In this document: positions 46,425 through 56,613 of the stretch, one piece after another
Numbering within the stretch: the first letter of the stretch is position 1
Layout of the letters: the number at the start of each line of letters is the position of its first letter
Assembly: GCA_003598025.1 (NCBI GenBank)
Contig: QZKH01000003.1
Coordinates: 170,048 to 234,047, forward strand
Length of the DNA stretch: 64,000 bases
Direction: 5' to 3'
Source: Candidatus Omnitrophota bacterium
Lineage (GTDB): Bacteria; Omnitrophota; Gorgyraeia; Gygaellales; Profunditerraquicolaceae
Program-made: the position numbers and the translations under genes
The notes under the pieces: model-generated
What the model was told of the DNA's origin: nothing
The model's input: the letters and a program-made list of their open reading frames with translations, nothing else
Databases searched by the model: none

Positions 46425-47770
46425 TATCTTCTTCCCTTGATCCTGCCGCTTTTAATGAATCCTTCATAGTGATGCATTAACAAATGTGATTCTATCTGCT
46501 TAATAGTGTCAAGCATGACCCCGACGATAATCAGAACGCCCGTGCCGCCAAAGAAGGATGCAACCATATAAGGCACACCCAGCCAGTTCATTGTAAGATG
46601 CGGAAAAACAGCGACAAAAGCGATAAAAATAGCCCCGGCTAAAGTGATCCGCGTCATTACAAAATCTAAGTATTCCGCCGTTGATTTTCCGGGACGGATC
46701 CCTGGCACAAAACCTCCGTATTTCTTCATATTCTCCGAAAGGTCAAGCGGATTAAACACGATAGCAGTATAGAAATAACAGAAAAATATTATCAAAAGAG
46801 CATAAAGAAAAGTATATAAAATGTGCCCGGGGCCTAAGCTTTGGGCCAGCCTTTGAAACGCCGGGTTAGGTATAAAAGTCGCTATTGTTGCAGGAAATGA
46901 AATAATAGATTGGGCAAATATGATTGCGATAACGCCAGCCGTATCTACTTTTAAAGGGATATATGTGCTTTGCCCTCCAAAGATTTTTCTTCCTACAACC
47001 CTGCGCGCGTATTGCACAGGGATCTTTCTCTGCCCTTGCGTGACAAAAATTACCGCTAATACAACTCCGACCAAAAGGACAGCCATAATAATGAGCGTAA
47101 AAAACGGCAGCGCTCTTTTTGATGGAGAATTCGGCGATAGAAGTATGTAAAGCTGGTTCAACGCCGGGCTTATCCTGGAAATAATGCCGGCGGTAATAAC
47201 AAGTGATATGCCGTTTCCAATACCCTTTTCCTGTATTTGTTCTCCAAGCCACATAATAAAAATGGTGCCGGTAGTAAGGGTAAGTACGGTTAATATCCTG
47301 AAAGAAATCCCGGGACTGCCGACAATTTTAATCCCTTCAAACCTTGCCGGGTTCTCAAGCCACAGGGCGATAAAAAACGATTGTATTACGGCAAGCACAA
47401 TAGTGCCGTAACGAGTATATTGATTTATTTTTTCATATCCTACACGGCCTTCTTTGGATAATTTTTCCAGTGCCGGTATAACAGCAGTCAAGAGTTGCAA
47501 GATGATCGAAGACGAGATATAAGGCATTATCCCCAAGGCAAATATGGTCATCTGCTCCATCGCTCCGCCCGAAAACATGTTTATAATACCCAGTAATGCC
47601 CCGCCGGAAGTCCTTGCCATTTCGGCAAAAAATTTAGAAAGAGCAGCTCCATCAATACCCGGAGTAGGTATAAAACATCCCACCCTGTAAACAAGAAGTA
47701 AAGCCCCGGTTATTAAAAGCCGTTTCTTTAAATCGGGTATTTTAAAAGAATTTGCTAAAGCCTTTAACAC
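46424..47770 (-). CDS. secY: Preprotein translocase SecY
   Basis: 448 aa; 10 transmembrane segments; conserved SecY motifs (GIMPYISSSII...). Confidence 0.9.
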   Translation of the reverse strand: MLKALANSFKIPDLKKRLLITGALLLVYRVGCFIPTPGIDGAALSKFFAEMARTSGGALLGIINMFSGGAMEQMTIFALGIMPYISSSIILQLLTAVIPALEKLSKEGRVGYEKINQYTRYGTIVLAVIQSFFIALWLENPARFEGIKIVGSPGISFRILTVLTLTTGTIFIMWLGEQIQEKGIGNGISLVITAGIISRISPALNQLYILLSPNSPSKRALPFFTLIIMAVLLVGVVLAVIFVTQGQRKIPVQYARRVVGRKIFGGQSTYIPLKVDTAGVIAIIFAQSIISFPATIATFIPNPAFQRLAQSLGPGHILYTFLYALLIIFFCYFYTAIVFNPLDLSENMKKYGGFVPGIRPGKSTAEYLDFVMTRITLAGAIFIAFVAVFPHLTMNWLGVPYMVASFFGGTGVLIIVGVMLDTIKQIESHLLMHHYEGFIKSGRIKGRR

Positions 47771-48300
47771 TAAATAACCTCAGCCTTTCCGCCGGCATTG
47801 ATAATCTTTTCTCGTGCTGCCTTTGAAAACGCATGTGCCTGTAAATTTATAGACTTTTTTAAGTCGCCTTTAGCTAAGATCTTAACTTTCTTATCCTTAG
47901 AAGAGATCAGGCCTTTATCATATAAAACCTCAGGATTGATCATTTCTTCTTTTAAATTCTTTAGATCTATTAGATTAACTATCTGATATACCTGTTTAAA
48001 TATGCTGGTAAACCCTCTTTTAGGGAATTTACGGATTAAAGGCGATTGCCCGCCTTCAAAACCAAGGTAAAAATGGCGGCCTGCCCTAGAAGTCTGGCCC
48101 TTGCTGCCTCTTGTAGAAGTTTTTCCATGGCCTGAACTAGAGCCTCTGCCTAATATCCTTTTTCTTTTTTTACTGCCGGCAGCGGGTTTTAAATTGTGCA
48201 ACCCAAGAAAAACAGCCTTCTCTTTGGAGGTTTTTAAATCTTTTCTAAATGTTTTTGTTTTAGGTGATGGCCTTTTAGCCTTGATCTTCTTTTCTTTCAT
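47770..48300 (-). CDS. rplO: Ribosomal protein L15 (ORF-track start probably about 28 codons too far upstream)
   Basis: 176 aa; the canonical L15 start ...[29 protein letters not shown] begins at about residue 33. Confidence 0.85.
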   Translation of the reverse strand: MKEKKIKAKRPSPKTKTFRKDLKTSKEKAVFLGLHNLKPAAGSKKRKRILGRGSSSGHGKTSTRGSKGQTSRAGRHFYLGFEGGQSPLIRKFPKRGFTSIFKQVYQIVNLIDLKNLKEEMINPEVLYDKGLISSKDKKVKILAKGDLKKSINLQAHAFSKAAREKIINAGGKAEVI

Positions 48301-48303
48301 ATT

Positions 48304-48756
48304 TTATGCCTTCAGATTGGTTAACCCATCCATAGTTGCCTTGATTACATTAATCGGATTATTAGATTTAAGGGATTTAGTAAGGATATCCTTAATGCCG
48401 ACGGCCTCACAGATAGCCCTTACCGGCCCGGCGGCAATGACTCCAGTTCCTTCGGAGGCAGGTTTAAGCATGACTTTAGCAGCTCCATATTCACCGATGA
48501 TCTCATGAGGGATGGTAGAGCCTTCTATGCTTATCTTGACCAGGTTCTTTTTCGCCTTGCCTAATGATTTTCTTATTGCGTCTGCGACTTCATTAGCTTT
48601 ATCCAAGGCATAACCTACTCTTCCTTTGGTATCACCGACAACAACAAGCGCCCGAAAATGTAGTTTTTTACCGCCTTTTGTTACTTTGGTAACACGGTTT
48701 ATTGCTATTACTCTTTCAATGAATTCTACGTTTTCGCTACTGGTAGTGTCTTTCAT
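48304..48756 (-). CDS. rpsE: Ribosomal protein S5
   Basis: 150 aa; ...[27 protein letters not shown]... Confidence 0.9.
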   Translation of the reverse strand: MKDTTSSENVEFIERVIAINRVTKVTKGGKKLHFRALVVVGDTKGRVGYALDKANEVADAIRKSLGKAKKNLVKISIEGSTIPHEIIGEYGAAKVMLKPASEGTGVIAAGPVRAICEAVGIKDILTKSLKSNNPINVIKATMDGLTNLKA

Positions 48757-48758
48757 AT

Positions 48759-49121
48759 TTAAAATTCAACCCCGCCTTTTCTTAGTGAGTCGGCAAATGC
48801 CTTGACACGACCGTGATATTTCAATCCGGCACGGTCAAATATTATTTTCTTTATGCCTTTTTCTTTGGCTTTTCTTGCAAAAACTTCTCCCAAAAATACA
48901 GCCGCTTTTACGTTCCCGCCGTACGGGAAACGTTCTTTTACTTCCTTATCCATAGTAGATGACGACAACACTGTCCTCTTTTTTGAATCATCTACTACCT
49001 GGATAAAAAGGTTCTTTAAGCTCCTGTGAATAATCAAACGCGGCTTGGATTCTTCACCGAACATTCTTAATTTGATTCTTCTGTGCCTCTTTAACCTCGC
49101 TACTTCCCTGTTATTTTTCAT
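48759..49121 (-). CDS. rplR: Ribosomal protein L18
   Basis: 120 aa. Confidence 0.9.
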   Translation of the reverse strand: MKNNREVARLKRHRRIKLRMFGEESKPRLIIHRSLKNLFIQVVDDSKKRTVLSSSTMDKEVKERFPYGGNVKAAVFLGEVFARKAKEKGIKKIIFDRAGLKYHGRVKAFADSLRKGGVEF

Positions 49122-49135
49122 ATTTGATATTCTGT

Positions 49136-49684
49136 TTACTTTCCGGCAGTTGCCTGAGCTTTACCGATCTTCTTCTTTACAAATTCACCGACATACCTGA
49201 TCCCCTTGCCTTTATAAGGCTCGGGAGGATAAATCATGCGTATCTCCGAGGCTACTTTTCCGATTTTTTCTTTATCGGTTCCGCTTATAACAATAATATT
49301 CTGTTTCGGGGCCTCAATTTTTACCCCTTCAGGCGCTTTAAATATTACCGGGTGCGAAAAACCAAGCTGCATGCTCAAGTTAGCCCCCTGCATCTGGGCG
49401 CGAAAACCTACCCCGATTATCTCTAATTGCTTACTAAAACCCTCGGTTACCCCTTTTATCATATTTACCAGCAATGCGCGTGTAAGCCCATGCAATGACC
49501 GGTCAATCTTACTGTCGGTTGCACGCTGTACAATAAGCTGTGAATCTTTCTTTTCAATTTTTATACGCGGAGAAAAACTCCTGGTAAGTTTTCCTTTTGC
49601 GCCTTCGATTAAAACAGTATTATCGTTGATCTCTACTTTTACGCCTTGAGGCACTAAGACTGGTTTTTTACCTATTCTGGACAT
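49136..49684 (-). CDS. rplF: Ribosomal protein L6
   Basis: 182 aa; MSRIGKKPV... Confidence 0.9.
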   Translation of the reverse strand: MSRIGKKPVLVPQGVKVEINDNTVLIEGAKGKLTRSFSPRIKIEKKDSQLIVQRATDSKIDRSLHGLTRALLVNMIKGVTEGFSKQLEIIGVGFRAQMQGANLSMQLGFSHPVIFKAPEGVKIEAPKQNIIVISGTDKEKIGKVASEIRMIYPPEPYKGKGIRYVGEFVKKKIGKAQATAGK

Positions 49685-49685
49685 T

Positions 49686-50081
49686 TTACCAAACGTAGCT
49701 GATTATTTCGCCACCGACTTTCAGTTCCCTGGCCTGGGCATCGGTTAATATGCCCCTGGAGGTGGAAACAATGGCTAAGCCCCTGCCGCGCAATACAGAA
49801 GGGACTTTTTGATGTTTAACATATACTCTTAACCCCGGCTTAGATATCCTTTTTATATTTTTAATCGCCGGTTTGCCTGAAATATATTTTAAATAGACCC
49901 TGATTATCCCCTGCTTTTTATCATCAATGGATTTAAAGTCATCAATATAATTTTCCTTCTTTAATATATCTACTATGGACTTTAAAGTTGAAGAAGCGGG
50001 TATATCCACAGCCTCTTTTTTGATCATTATTGCATTTCTAATTATCGTGAATGCATCTGCTAACAAATCTGTTCTAGACAT
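49686..50081 (-). CDS. rpsH: Ribosomal protein S8
   Basis: 131 aa. Confidence 0.9.
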   Translation of the reverse strand: MSRTDLLADAFTIIRNAIMIKKEAVDIPASSTLKSIVDILKKENYIDDFKSIDDKKQGIIRVYLKYISGKPAIKNIKRISKPGLRVYVKHQKVPSVLRGRGLAIVSTSRGILTDAQARELKVGGEIISYVW

Positions 50082-50100
50082 ATTTTCTCCGTAAATTTAA

Positions 50101-50286
50101 TTACCAGCTTGCCTTTTTTACTCCGGGGATCATTCCGGCCCAAGCCAGCTCCCTGAAGCAGATCCTGCACAGCTTAAACCTTCTCAAGAAACCACCTGAC
50201 CTTCCGCAAAGAGGGCAACGATTATATTTTCTTGAGGAAAATTTTGGTTTCCTGCTGCACCTAGCTTTTTGTGACTGTTTTGCCAT
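50101..50286 (-). CDS. rpsZ: Ribosomal protein S14, type Z (zinc-binding)
   Basis: 61 aa; [10 protein letters not shown]...CRICFRE. Confidence 0.85.
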   Translation of the reverse strand: MAKQSQKARCSRKPKFSSRKYNRCPLCGRSGGFLRRFKLCRICFRELAWAGMIPGVKKASW

Positions 50287-50288
50287 AA

Positions 50289-50843
50289 TTATTGCTCGCC
50301 TGTTTTAAAGGGCATACCAAACAATTTAAGCAATTCTTTGGACTGCTCTTTACTTTTTGAATTTTTAATTACGAATGTTATATCCATACCCTGAGTCCTG
50401 GTAATTTTATCATAATCTATCTCGGGAAAAATATTTTGCTCGGTCAGACCCAGCGTATAATTACCTGCCCTGTCAAACGAAGTATCAGATATCCCTCTAA
50501 AGTCCCTTATCCTTGGCATCGCGACGTTAATCAACCTGTCCATAAACTCATACATGATGTTTTTCCTCAAAGTCACCTTACAGCCGACAGCCTGATTTTG
50601 CTTAATTTTGAAATTAGATATGGCTTTTTTAGCCCTCCTGATAACAGGCTTCTGCCCGACTATAACTGCCAATTCGTCCATTGATTTTTCCAGCAGTTTC
50701 ACATCCTGTATGGCTTCGCCTACGCCCATATTGACCACGATCTTATCGACACGCGGGACAGCATACTTATTTTTTATGCTGAAAACCTTCATCATCTCAG
50801 GGATGATTTCATCTCTATATCTGATTAATAATCTTGGGGTCAT
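50289..50843 (-). CDS. rplE: Ribosomal protein L5
   Basis: 184 aa. Confidence 0.9.
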   Translation of the reverse strand: MTPRLLIRYRDEIIPEMMKVFSIKNKYAVPRVDKIVVNMGVGEAIQDVKLLEKSMDELAVIVGQKPVIRRAKKAISNFKIKQNQAVGCKVTLRKNIMYEFMDRLINVAMPRIRDFRGISDTSFDRAGNYTLGLTEQNIFPEIDYDKITRTQGMDITFVIKNSKSKEQSKELLKLFGMPFKTGEQ

Positions 50844-50844
50844 T

Positions 50845-51156
50845 TTAAATTGCCTCTTTACACGATTTACAGGTTCTAGTTTTTGTACCGTCTTTTAGCA
50901 GGGTATAGCCGATCCTGACGGCCTTATTACACTGCTTGCATAATATGGATATATTGGCAATGCTGATAGGCGCTTCGATAGCGACGACGCCGCCCTGCTG
51001 GTCCTGCTGGGTCTTTCTTTTGTGCTTCTTAACCAAATTTACCCCTTCGACAATAGCGCGTTTAGTTTCTCCAAAGATTTTAAGGACCTTTCCCTTCTTG
51101 CCTTTATCTTTTCCTTTTGTAAGAATTACCGTGTCGCCTTTTTTAAGTTTGAACAT
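50845..51156 (-). CDS. rplX: Ribosomal protein L24 with atypical CxxC...CxxC C-terminus
   Basis: 103 aa; KOW motif KKGDTVILTKGKDKGKKGKV; C-terminal ILCKQCNKAVRIGYTLLKDGTKTRTCKSCKEAI. Confidence 0.85.
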   Translation of the reverse strand: MFKLKKGDTVILTKGKDKGKKGKVLKIFGETKRAIVEGVNLVKKHKRKTQQDQQGGVVAIEAPISIANISILCKQCNKAVRIGYTLLKDGTKTRTCKSCKEAI

Positions 51157-51524
51157 TATATTACCTCTGGTGCTAATGAAATAATTTTTGTGAAATTCTT
51201 ATCCCTAAGCTCTCTTGCGACAGGCCCAAACACCCTGGTCCCTCTGGGATTAAGCTGGGCGTCAATAAAAACAACCGCATTGCGGTCAAACCGCAATACC
51301 GAGCCATTCTCTCTTTTAATAGCATTTTTCGTTCTGACGATGACCGCCTTAGCCACTTCTCCTTTTTTAATCGTAGCCCCGGGAGAAGATTCTTTAACAT
51401 TTACGTTTATAATATCCCCTATTCCAGCGATTAAGCAGTTCTTTTTTCCCAGGACCGAAATAAAAGACACTTTCTTAGCTCCTGTATTATCCGCGACATC
51501 AAGAATTGAACGAATGTATATCAT
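51156..51524 (-). CDS. rplN: Ribosomal protein L14 (start trimmed to MIYIRSIL...; the ORF-track start at 51632 is too long)
   Basis: 122 aa from the internal ATG; MIYIRSILDVADNTGAKKV is the universal L14 N-terminus. Confidence 0.9.
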   Translation of the reverse strand: MIYIRSILDVADNTGAKKVSFISVLGKKNCLIAGIGDIINVNVKESSPGATIKKGEVAKAVIVRTKNAIKRENGSVLRFDRNAVVFIDAQLNPRGTRVFGPVARELRDKNFTKIISLAPEVI

Positions 51525-51525
51525 T

Positions 51526-51801
51526 TTATTCCGCCTTCTCCTGTGCGTGCAACCTGGCTGAAGCCTTAACGACTGAAACCAGCTTAAACCTCTTGTCCTT
51601 AGATAAAGGCCTGGTCTCCTGAATCTTAACAATATCGCCTATTTTAGCGGCATTCTTCTCATCATGCACCTTGTATCTGCTGAACCTCTTTATTGTCTTT
51701 TTATATTTAGGATGCTTGGCAACGAGTACCGTGCTTACGACGATAGTTTTGTTCATTTTATCACGTATAACTGTGCCTAATAGTTCTTTAGTTTTACCCA
51801 T
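51526..51801 (-). CDS. rpsQ: Ribosomal protein S17
   Basis: 91 aa. Confidence 0.85.
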   Translation of the reverse strand: MGKTKELLGTVIRDKMNKTIVVSTVLVAKHPKYKKTIKRFSRYKVHDEKNAAKIGDIVKIQETRPLSKDKRFKLVSVVKASARLHAQEKAE

Positions 51802-51994
51802 TTTTTGTCTCTTTTCTTTCCTTAAGTATACTCTTTATCCTGGCTATGTCTTTCTTAATCAATGAAAACATGTGCGGTTTTTCTACTCTTGAAGCAAACC
51901 TCTGCTGGTTAAGTTTAAAGAGCTCTTCCCTTAAATTCACTTCCTTCTGGTTGAGTTCCTGGTCTGATAATGCGCGTAGGTCTTTTATCTTCAT
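51794..51994 (-). CDS. rpmC: Ribosomal protein L29
   Basis: 66 aa. Confidence 0.85.
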   Translation of the reverse strand: MKIKDLRALSDQELNQKEVNLREELFKLNQQRFASRVEKPHMFSLIKKDIARIKSILKERKETKNG

Positions 51995-52410
51995 TACTTA
52001 TGTGTCCTCGTGATAAATTTTGATCTTACGGGAAGCTTGTATGCGGCAAGCCTGAAACACTGCCTGGCGAATTCTTCAGGGACACCGCCCATTTCAAATA
52101 AAATCCTTCCTCTTTTTACGACTGCTACCCAGTGGCTCAGGTCTCCCTTGCCTTTTCCCATTCTTACTTCGGCAGGCTTCTTAGTAATTGACTTATCGGG
52201 AAATATCCTTATCCACAATTTTCCGCCTTTGTTCAGCTGCCTTGCCAGGACAACCCTTACTGCTTCTATTTGATTATTTTTAATCCAGCCGTTAGCAAGT
52301 GCTTTGAGGCCAAATTCACCAAAGGCTAATTCCGAACCAGCGACTGCAATCCCTCTGCGGTTGCCTTTTTGTAATTTTCTATATTTAACTCTTTTAGGCA
52401 TTAATACCAT
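51994..52410 (-). CDS. rplP: Ribosomal protein L16
   Basis: 138 aa; [11 protein letters not shown]... Confidence 0.9.
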   Translation of the reverse strand: MVLMPKRVKYRKLQKGNRRGIAVAGSELAFGEFGLKALANGWIKNNQIEAVRVVLARQLNKGGKLWIRIFPDKSITKKPAEVRMGKGKGDLSHWVAVVKRGRILFEMGGVPEEFARQCFRLAAYKLPVRSKFITRTHK

Positions 52411-52412
52411 AG

Positions 52413-53123
52413 TTAACTCCCGATATTAGGCTTAGCTGTTTCCTGTGACTCTTCTTTATCCTCAGCTATTTGAGTACTCAAGCTGGCGCCTCTAGCCAGA
52501 AGCACATCTCCTTTATAAAGCCACACCTTTACGCCTATAAGGCCATAGGTAGTTAAAGCCTCGGCAAATCCATAATCAATATCTGCCCTAAGGGTCTGCA
52601 GAGGAACCTTGCCCTGTTTATAAGTCTCTGTCCTTGACATCTCTGCTCCGTTTAACCTTCCGGAACATGTTACTTTTATACCTTTAGCACCTGAAGAAAG
52701 GGATTGTTCCATTGCGCGTTTTACAGCCCTTCTAAAAGCTACTCTCTTTTCAATCTGTAGAGATACATTCTCGGCAACCAGCTGGGCATCAATGCCGGGA
52801 TTCTTTACTTCTTCAATATCAATTGAAATTTCTCTTTTTACCATGGCGTTCAAGTCTTCTCTTAGCCGCTCTATATCAGCACCATGGCGCCCGATTATTA
52901 TACCGGGCCTGGCGCTTAAAATCCTGATCTTAATCCTTTCGGCAAGCCTTTCAATTATAATTTTTGAAATAGCTGCCTGCTTAAAACGCTTCTTTATAAA
53001 CTTGCGTATATTGAAATCTTCTTTTATAAACGTGGCATAATCTTTGGGTTTAGCAAACCAACGGCTATGCCATGTCCTGATAAAACCTACCCTCAATACG
53101 AACGGATTTACTTTCTGCCCCAT
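52413..53123 (-). CDS. rpsC: Ribosomal protein S3
   Basis: 236 aa; [13 protein letters not shown]... Confidence 0.9.
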   Translation of the reverse strand: MGQKVNPFVLRVGFIRTWHSRWFAKPKDYATFIKEDFNIRKFIKKRFKQAAISKIIIERLAERIKIRILSARPGIIIGRHGADIERLREDLNAMVKREISIDIEEVKNPGIDAQLVAENVSLQIEKRVAFRRAVKRAMEQSLSSGAKGIKVTCSGRLNGAEMSRTETYKQGKVPLQTLRADIDYGFAEALTTYGLIGVKVWLYKGDVLLARGASLSTQIAEDKEESQETAKPNIGS

Positions 53124-53464
53124 TAATTATTCTCCTGCTTAATATCTAACTCGATTTTTATATGACAAGTCCTCTTTTTTATCGGGCTTGCCCTTCCGAA
53201 AGCGGCTGCCTTGTATCTTTTCCATGATGGGCCAATATTGCAGACTGCTTTTGAGATATATAACTGCTCTTGCTTAATCCCTTTTACTTTTGCATTTGCT
53301 ATCGCCTGTTTAAGTATTTTAATCAGGAATTCCTTCGCTCTTTTATTCAAATTTGACAAGATAGCCAAGGCATCGGTAGCATCTTCTTTGCGTATAAGCT
53401 CCAAAACCTGCCTGACTTTACGGCTTGACATCCTGACATATCTTGATTCGGCTTTTGCTATCAT
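53123..53464 (-). CDS. rplV: Ribosomal protein L22
   Basis: 113 aa. Confidence 0.9.
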   Translation of the reverse strand: MIAKAESRYVRMSSRKVRQVLELIRKEDATDALAILSNLNKRAKEFLIKILKQAIANAKVKGIKQEQLYISKAVCNIGPSWKRYKAAAFGRASPIKKRTCHIKIELDIKQENN

Positions 53465-53473
53465 CTTTGTTTA

Positions 53474-53761
53474 TTATGTTTTTTCCGGCGCCTTCTTCGC
53501 CTTAACTCCACCATGTTTCCTGAAAATCCTTGTCGGTGCGAATTCTCCGAGTTTATGGCCTACCATATTCTCAGTGACAAATACAGGTGCGTGCTTTTTG
53601 CCATCGTAAACCGCAAAGGTCAACCCTACAAAATCAGGTATTATTGTAGAGCGCCTTGACCAAGTTTTTATTGCTAACCTTTGGCCTGAACGCCTTGCTC
53701 TATCCGCTTTTTTTACCAATTTTTCTTCTACGAACGGGCCTTTTTTTAATGATCTGGGCAT
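53474..53761 (-). CDS. rpsS: Ribosomal protein S19
   Basis: 95 aa; [11 protein letters not shown]... Confidence 0.9.
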   Translation of the reverse strand: MPRSLKKGPFVEEKLVKKADRARRSGQRLAIKTWSRRSTIIPDFVGLTFAVYDGKKHAPVFVTENMVGHKLGEFAPTRIFRKHGGVKAKKAPEKT

Positions 53762-53763
53762 TT

Positions 53764-54597
53764 TTATTTCCTTCTCTTTACGATAAATTTGTTGGAATAC
53801 CTTTTATCAAGCCTGGTCTTATAACCTTTTGTGGGCTTGCCCCAGGGTGTTACAGGATGAGGATTGCCTTGCCCTGATTTTCCTTCGCCGCCACCGTGCG
53901 GGTGGTCAACAGGATTCATAGCCGCGCCTCTTACCGTAGGCCTTACACCGGCCCAACGTGCCCTGCCGGCTTTACCTATGCTTATAGCCTCGTGTTCTAT
54001 ATTGCCAATTTGGCCGATAGTGGCATGACAATCAAGGTTTATTAATCTGATTTCGCCTGACGGAAGCTTAACTTGGGCGTATTCGCCTTCTTTAGCCATG
54101 ATCTGAGCGCTTGCTCCAGCGCTTCTTACGATCTGGCCGCCCTTACCTTTAAAAAGCTCAACATTATGTATCATCGTACCGGTTGGTATATATCTAAGCA
54201 ACAGGCTGTTGCCGGTTTTAATCTCCACATCCTTTTGCTTTGTGGCTATTATTTCATCGTTAACATTAAGCCCGACAGGAGCTAAAATATATTTTTTGAT
54301 CTTATTATTGTATTCAACTAATGCTATTCTTGCAGAACGGTTAGGATCGTATTCGATAGCGATAACTTTTGCCGGTATGTCATAAATATCCCTGCGAAAA
54401 TCTATCAAGCGCAACATTCTTTTGTGCCCGCCGCCCTGATGCCTGACTGTTAATCTGCCGCTTGAGTTACGCCCGCCTTTTCTTTTGAGCGGCGCAATCA
54501 ATGATTTTTCAGGCGTACTCTTAGTGATCTCTGCAAAATCCGAACCTGTTATCCATCTGCGTGAAGGTGTTACTGGTCTATATTTTTTTATTCCCAT
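53764..54597 (-). CDS. rplB: Ribosomal protein L2
   Basis: 277 aa. Confidence 0.9.
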   Translation of the reverse strand: MGIKKYRPVTPSRRWITGSDFAEITKSTPEKSLIAPLKRKGGRNSSGRLTVRHQGGGHKRMLRLIDFRRDIYDIPAKVIAIEYDPNRSARIALVEYNNKIKKYILAPVGLNVNDEIIATKQKDVEIKTGNSLLLRYIPTGTMIHNVELFKGKGGQIVRSAGASAQIMAKEGEYAQVKLPSGEIRLINLDCHATIGQIGNIEHEAISIGKAGRARWAGVRPTVRGAAMNPVDHPHGGGEGKSGQGNPHPVTPWGKPTKGYKTRLDKRYSNKFIVKRRK

Positions 54598-54611
54598 GGC
54601 TACACTTTTCT

Positions 54612-54890
54612 TTAAGAGATTGTTATTTTTTCGCCTTTTTTAAGGGTGACTATTGCCTTCTTTGTATCGGGAGTCCTTCCAAGCTGATACCTGACTCTTT
54701 TTGATTTCCCTGTCTCTACTAAAGTGTTTACATTCTTTACCTTTACTTTGTATATTTCCTCGACGGACCTTTTTATCTCTGTTTTATTGGCATCGTTTCT
54801 CACCAGAAAAAGGTATTTCCCTTCCGGTTCTGACAAAGTTGATTTCTCCGTCTGAAGTAAAGCAAGAAGTATATCATAACTTAATTTCAT
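54612..54890 (-). CDS. rplW: Ribosomal protein L23
   Basis: 92 aa. Confidence 0.85.
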   Translation of the reverse strand: MKLSYDILLALLQTEKSTLSEPEGKYLFLVRNDANKTEIKRSVEEIYKVKVKNVNTLVETGKSKRVRYQLGRTPDTKKAIVTLKKGEKITIS

Positions 54891-54904
54891 TTTCTACTCT
54901 TTTT

Positions 54905-55558
54905 TTATTTTTTTATTCTCTGAACTAGTTGTTTAATACTGTCTTTTGTAATCAGGACTCTCCTTGCAAGCATAAGCTCTAATGAATTGGCGTCTTTGGC
55001 TGATGCTGTGTCCAAAAATTTAAGGTTCCTCGTTGCTAAAACTGCATTGGCAGATAATTTATCGGATAATAAAAGCAGTCTTTTATTCTTCGGTCCATCT
55101 TTTCCGATAAGCTTTAAATTCTTGAATATTTTTTCTACCTCTTTTGTTTTTGGCGAAGATACTTCAAATCTATCCAAAACCATTAAATTGCCTTCGTTTA
55201 ATTTAGCGTTAAGCGCAGATTTTAAAGCCAGTGTCTTAAGCTTCTTAGGTATTGAAATAAAGAAGCTTCTTGGATGAGGGCCGAAAACAACTCCACCGTG
55301 CCGCCATAACGGTGAACGTATGGAACCTACCCTTGCCCGGCCTGTGCCTTTTTGCCTCCAGGGTTTGATGCCACCGCCGGAAACTTCTCCCCTGGTCTTA
55401 GTTGCAGCCAGTCCTTTTCTCTGATTAGAGCGGTACACGGTAAGCACCCTGTGCAATAAATTTTTATTTACCGAGCCGTCAAACACTGATGCATCCAGTT
55501 TGAGCGATTCTACTTCTTTGCCATCCATATTAAATACACTTATAGTCAAGTTTTCCAT
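54905..55558 (-). CDS. rplD: Ribosomal protein L4
   Basis: 217 aa. Confidence 0.9.
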   Translation of the reverse strand: MENLTISVFNMDGKEVESLKLDASVFDGSVNKNLLHRVLTVYRSNQRKGLAATKTRGEVSGGGIKPWRQKGTGRARVGSIRSPLWRHGGVVFGPHPRSFFISIPKKLKTLALKSALNAKLNEGNLMVLDRFEVSSPKTKEVEKIFKNLKLIGKDGPKNKRLLLLSDKLSANAVLATRNLKFLDTASAKDANSLELMLARRVLITKDSIKQLVQRIKK

Positions 55559-55560
55559 TT

Positions 55561-56202
55561 TTATTTCTTCGCAGTTTTATCGGCAGCTGGCTTTCTTTTC
55601 TTTGCCTTATTTATGATAACGTAATTATTATCATGCCCTGGTATAGCGCCCTTTACTACTAAAATATTATTTTCAGGGTCCACCATCACTACCTTAAGAT
55701 TCTGAACAGTTACCTTCACATTACCCATATGGCCTGGGAGATGATGCCCTTTCCATACCCTTCCCGGAGTCGTACTTGAGCCAATGGAACCGATCCTTCT
55801 GTGTGACATCGAACCGTGAGTCATCGGCCCGCCGCTCCAGTTCCATCTTTTCATGCCTCCCTGGAAGCCTTTTCCGATGGATATACCAGACACATCCACA
55901 TAATCCCCGACCTGAAAAACATCAACCTTGATCTCTTCGCCAACTTTATATTCTCTGCCGCTGTGCTTGGAGAACTCCCTGATTACTTTTCTGGGGGATA
56001 GTTTAAGTTTATTAAAATATCCGGAAACAGGTTTTTTAATCTTTTTTTCATTGCTTAAAGGTTCAAAACCAACCTGGACATTTTTATCATTTACCGACAA
56101 GACCATGCACGGGCCTGCTTCGATAGCCGTAACACCGATCGCATCGCCCTGTTCGTTAAAAACCTGAGTCATCCCAATTTTTTTCCCTATTAATCCGCTC
56201 AT
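55561..56202 (-). CDS. rplC: Ribosomal protein L3
   Basis: 213 aa. Confidence 0.9.
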   Translation of the reverse strand: MSGLIGKKIGMTQVFNEQGDAIGVTAIEAGPCMVLSVNDKNVQVGFEPLSNEKKIKKPVSGYFNKLKLSPRKVIREFSKHSGREYKVGEEIKVDVFQVGDYVDVSGISIGKGFQGGMKRWNWSGGPMTHGSMSHRRIGSIGSSTTPGRVWKGHHLPGHMGNVKVTVQNLKVVMVDPENNILVVKGAIPGHDNNYVIINKAKKRKPAADKTAKK

Positions 56203-56242
56203 TTTATTTACGCTCTTTAGTTAAAGCCGGGCAAGTTGAAAA

Positions 56243-56545
56243 TTACATTTTGATTTCAACATCAACACCAGCAGGCAAATTCAGCTTTCTTAACGCATCG
56301 ATTGTTTTTGCGGTAGGCTCAAAAATATCAATCAACCTCTTATGAGTAGCCAGTTCAAACTGTTCGCGCGACTTTTTGTCAATCACAGGTGAACGCAGGA
56401 CGGTATAAATCTCTCTTTTTGTCGGCAACGGCACCGGCCCCGATATTTTGGCCCCGGTACGCTTTACCGTGTCAACGATTTCAATGACCGCCTGGTCTAA
56501 CAAACGATGGTCGTAAGCTTTTAACCTTATTCTTATCTTTTGCAT
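56243..56545 (-). CDS. rpsJ: Ribosomal protein S10
   Basis: 100 aa; [13 protein letters not shown]... Confidence 0.9.
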   Translation of the reverse strand: MQKIRIRLKAYDHRLLDQAVIEIVDTVKRTGAKISGPVPLPTKREIYTVLRSPVIDKKSREQFELATHKRLIDIFEPTAKTIDALRKLNLPAGVDVEIKM

Positions 56546-56563
56546 TTTCTTCTTTCAATTTAC

Positions 56564-56601
56564 TTCCGGGCTCACCAGGCTCGGCCTGATAAGCCCGGAA
56601 G
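56564..56601 (-). promoter_or_regulatory. Stable hairpin between tuf and rpsJ (partial terminator/attenuator or processing site)
   Basis: 10-bp stem cttccgggct / agcccggaag with a structured loop, 12 nt after the tuf stop; no strong U-tract. Confidence 0.35.
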
Positions 56602-56613
56602 ATTATGTGTAAA

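Noticed and set aside
46866-47252. 128-aa minus ORF inside secY in another frame (and similar internal ORFs 16382-16606, 25383-25589, 51173-51400)
   Set aside because: They are alternative-frame ORFs within well-supported genes.
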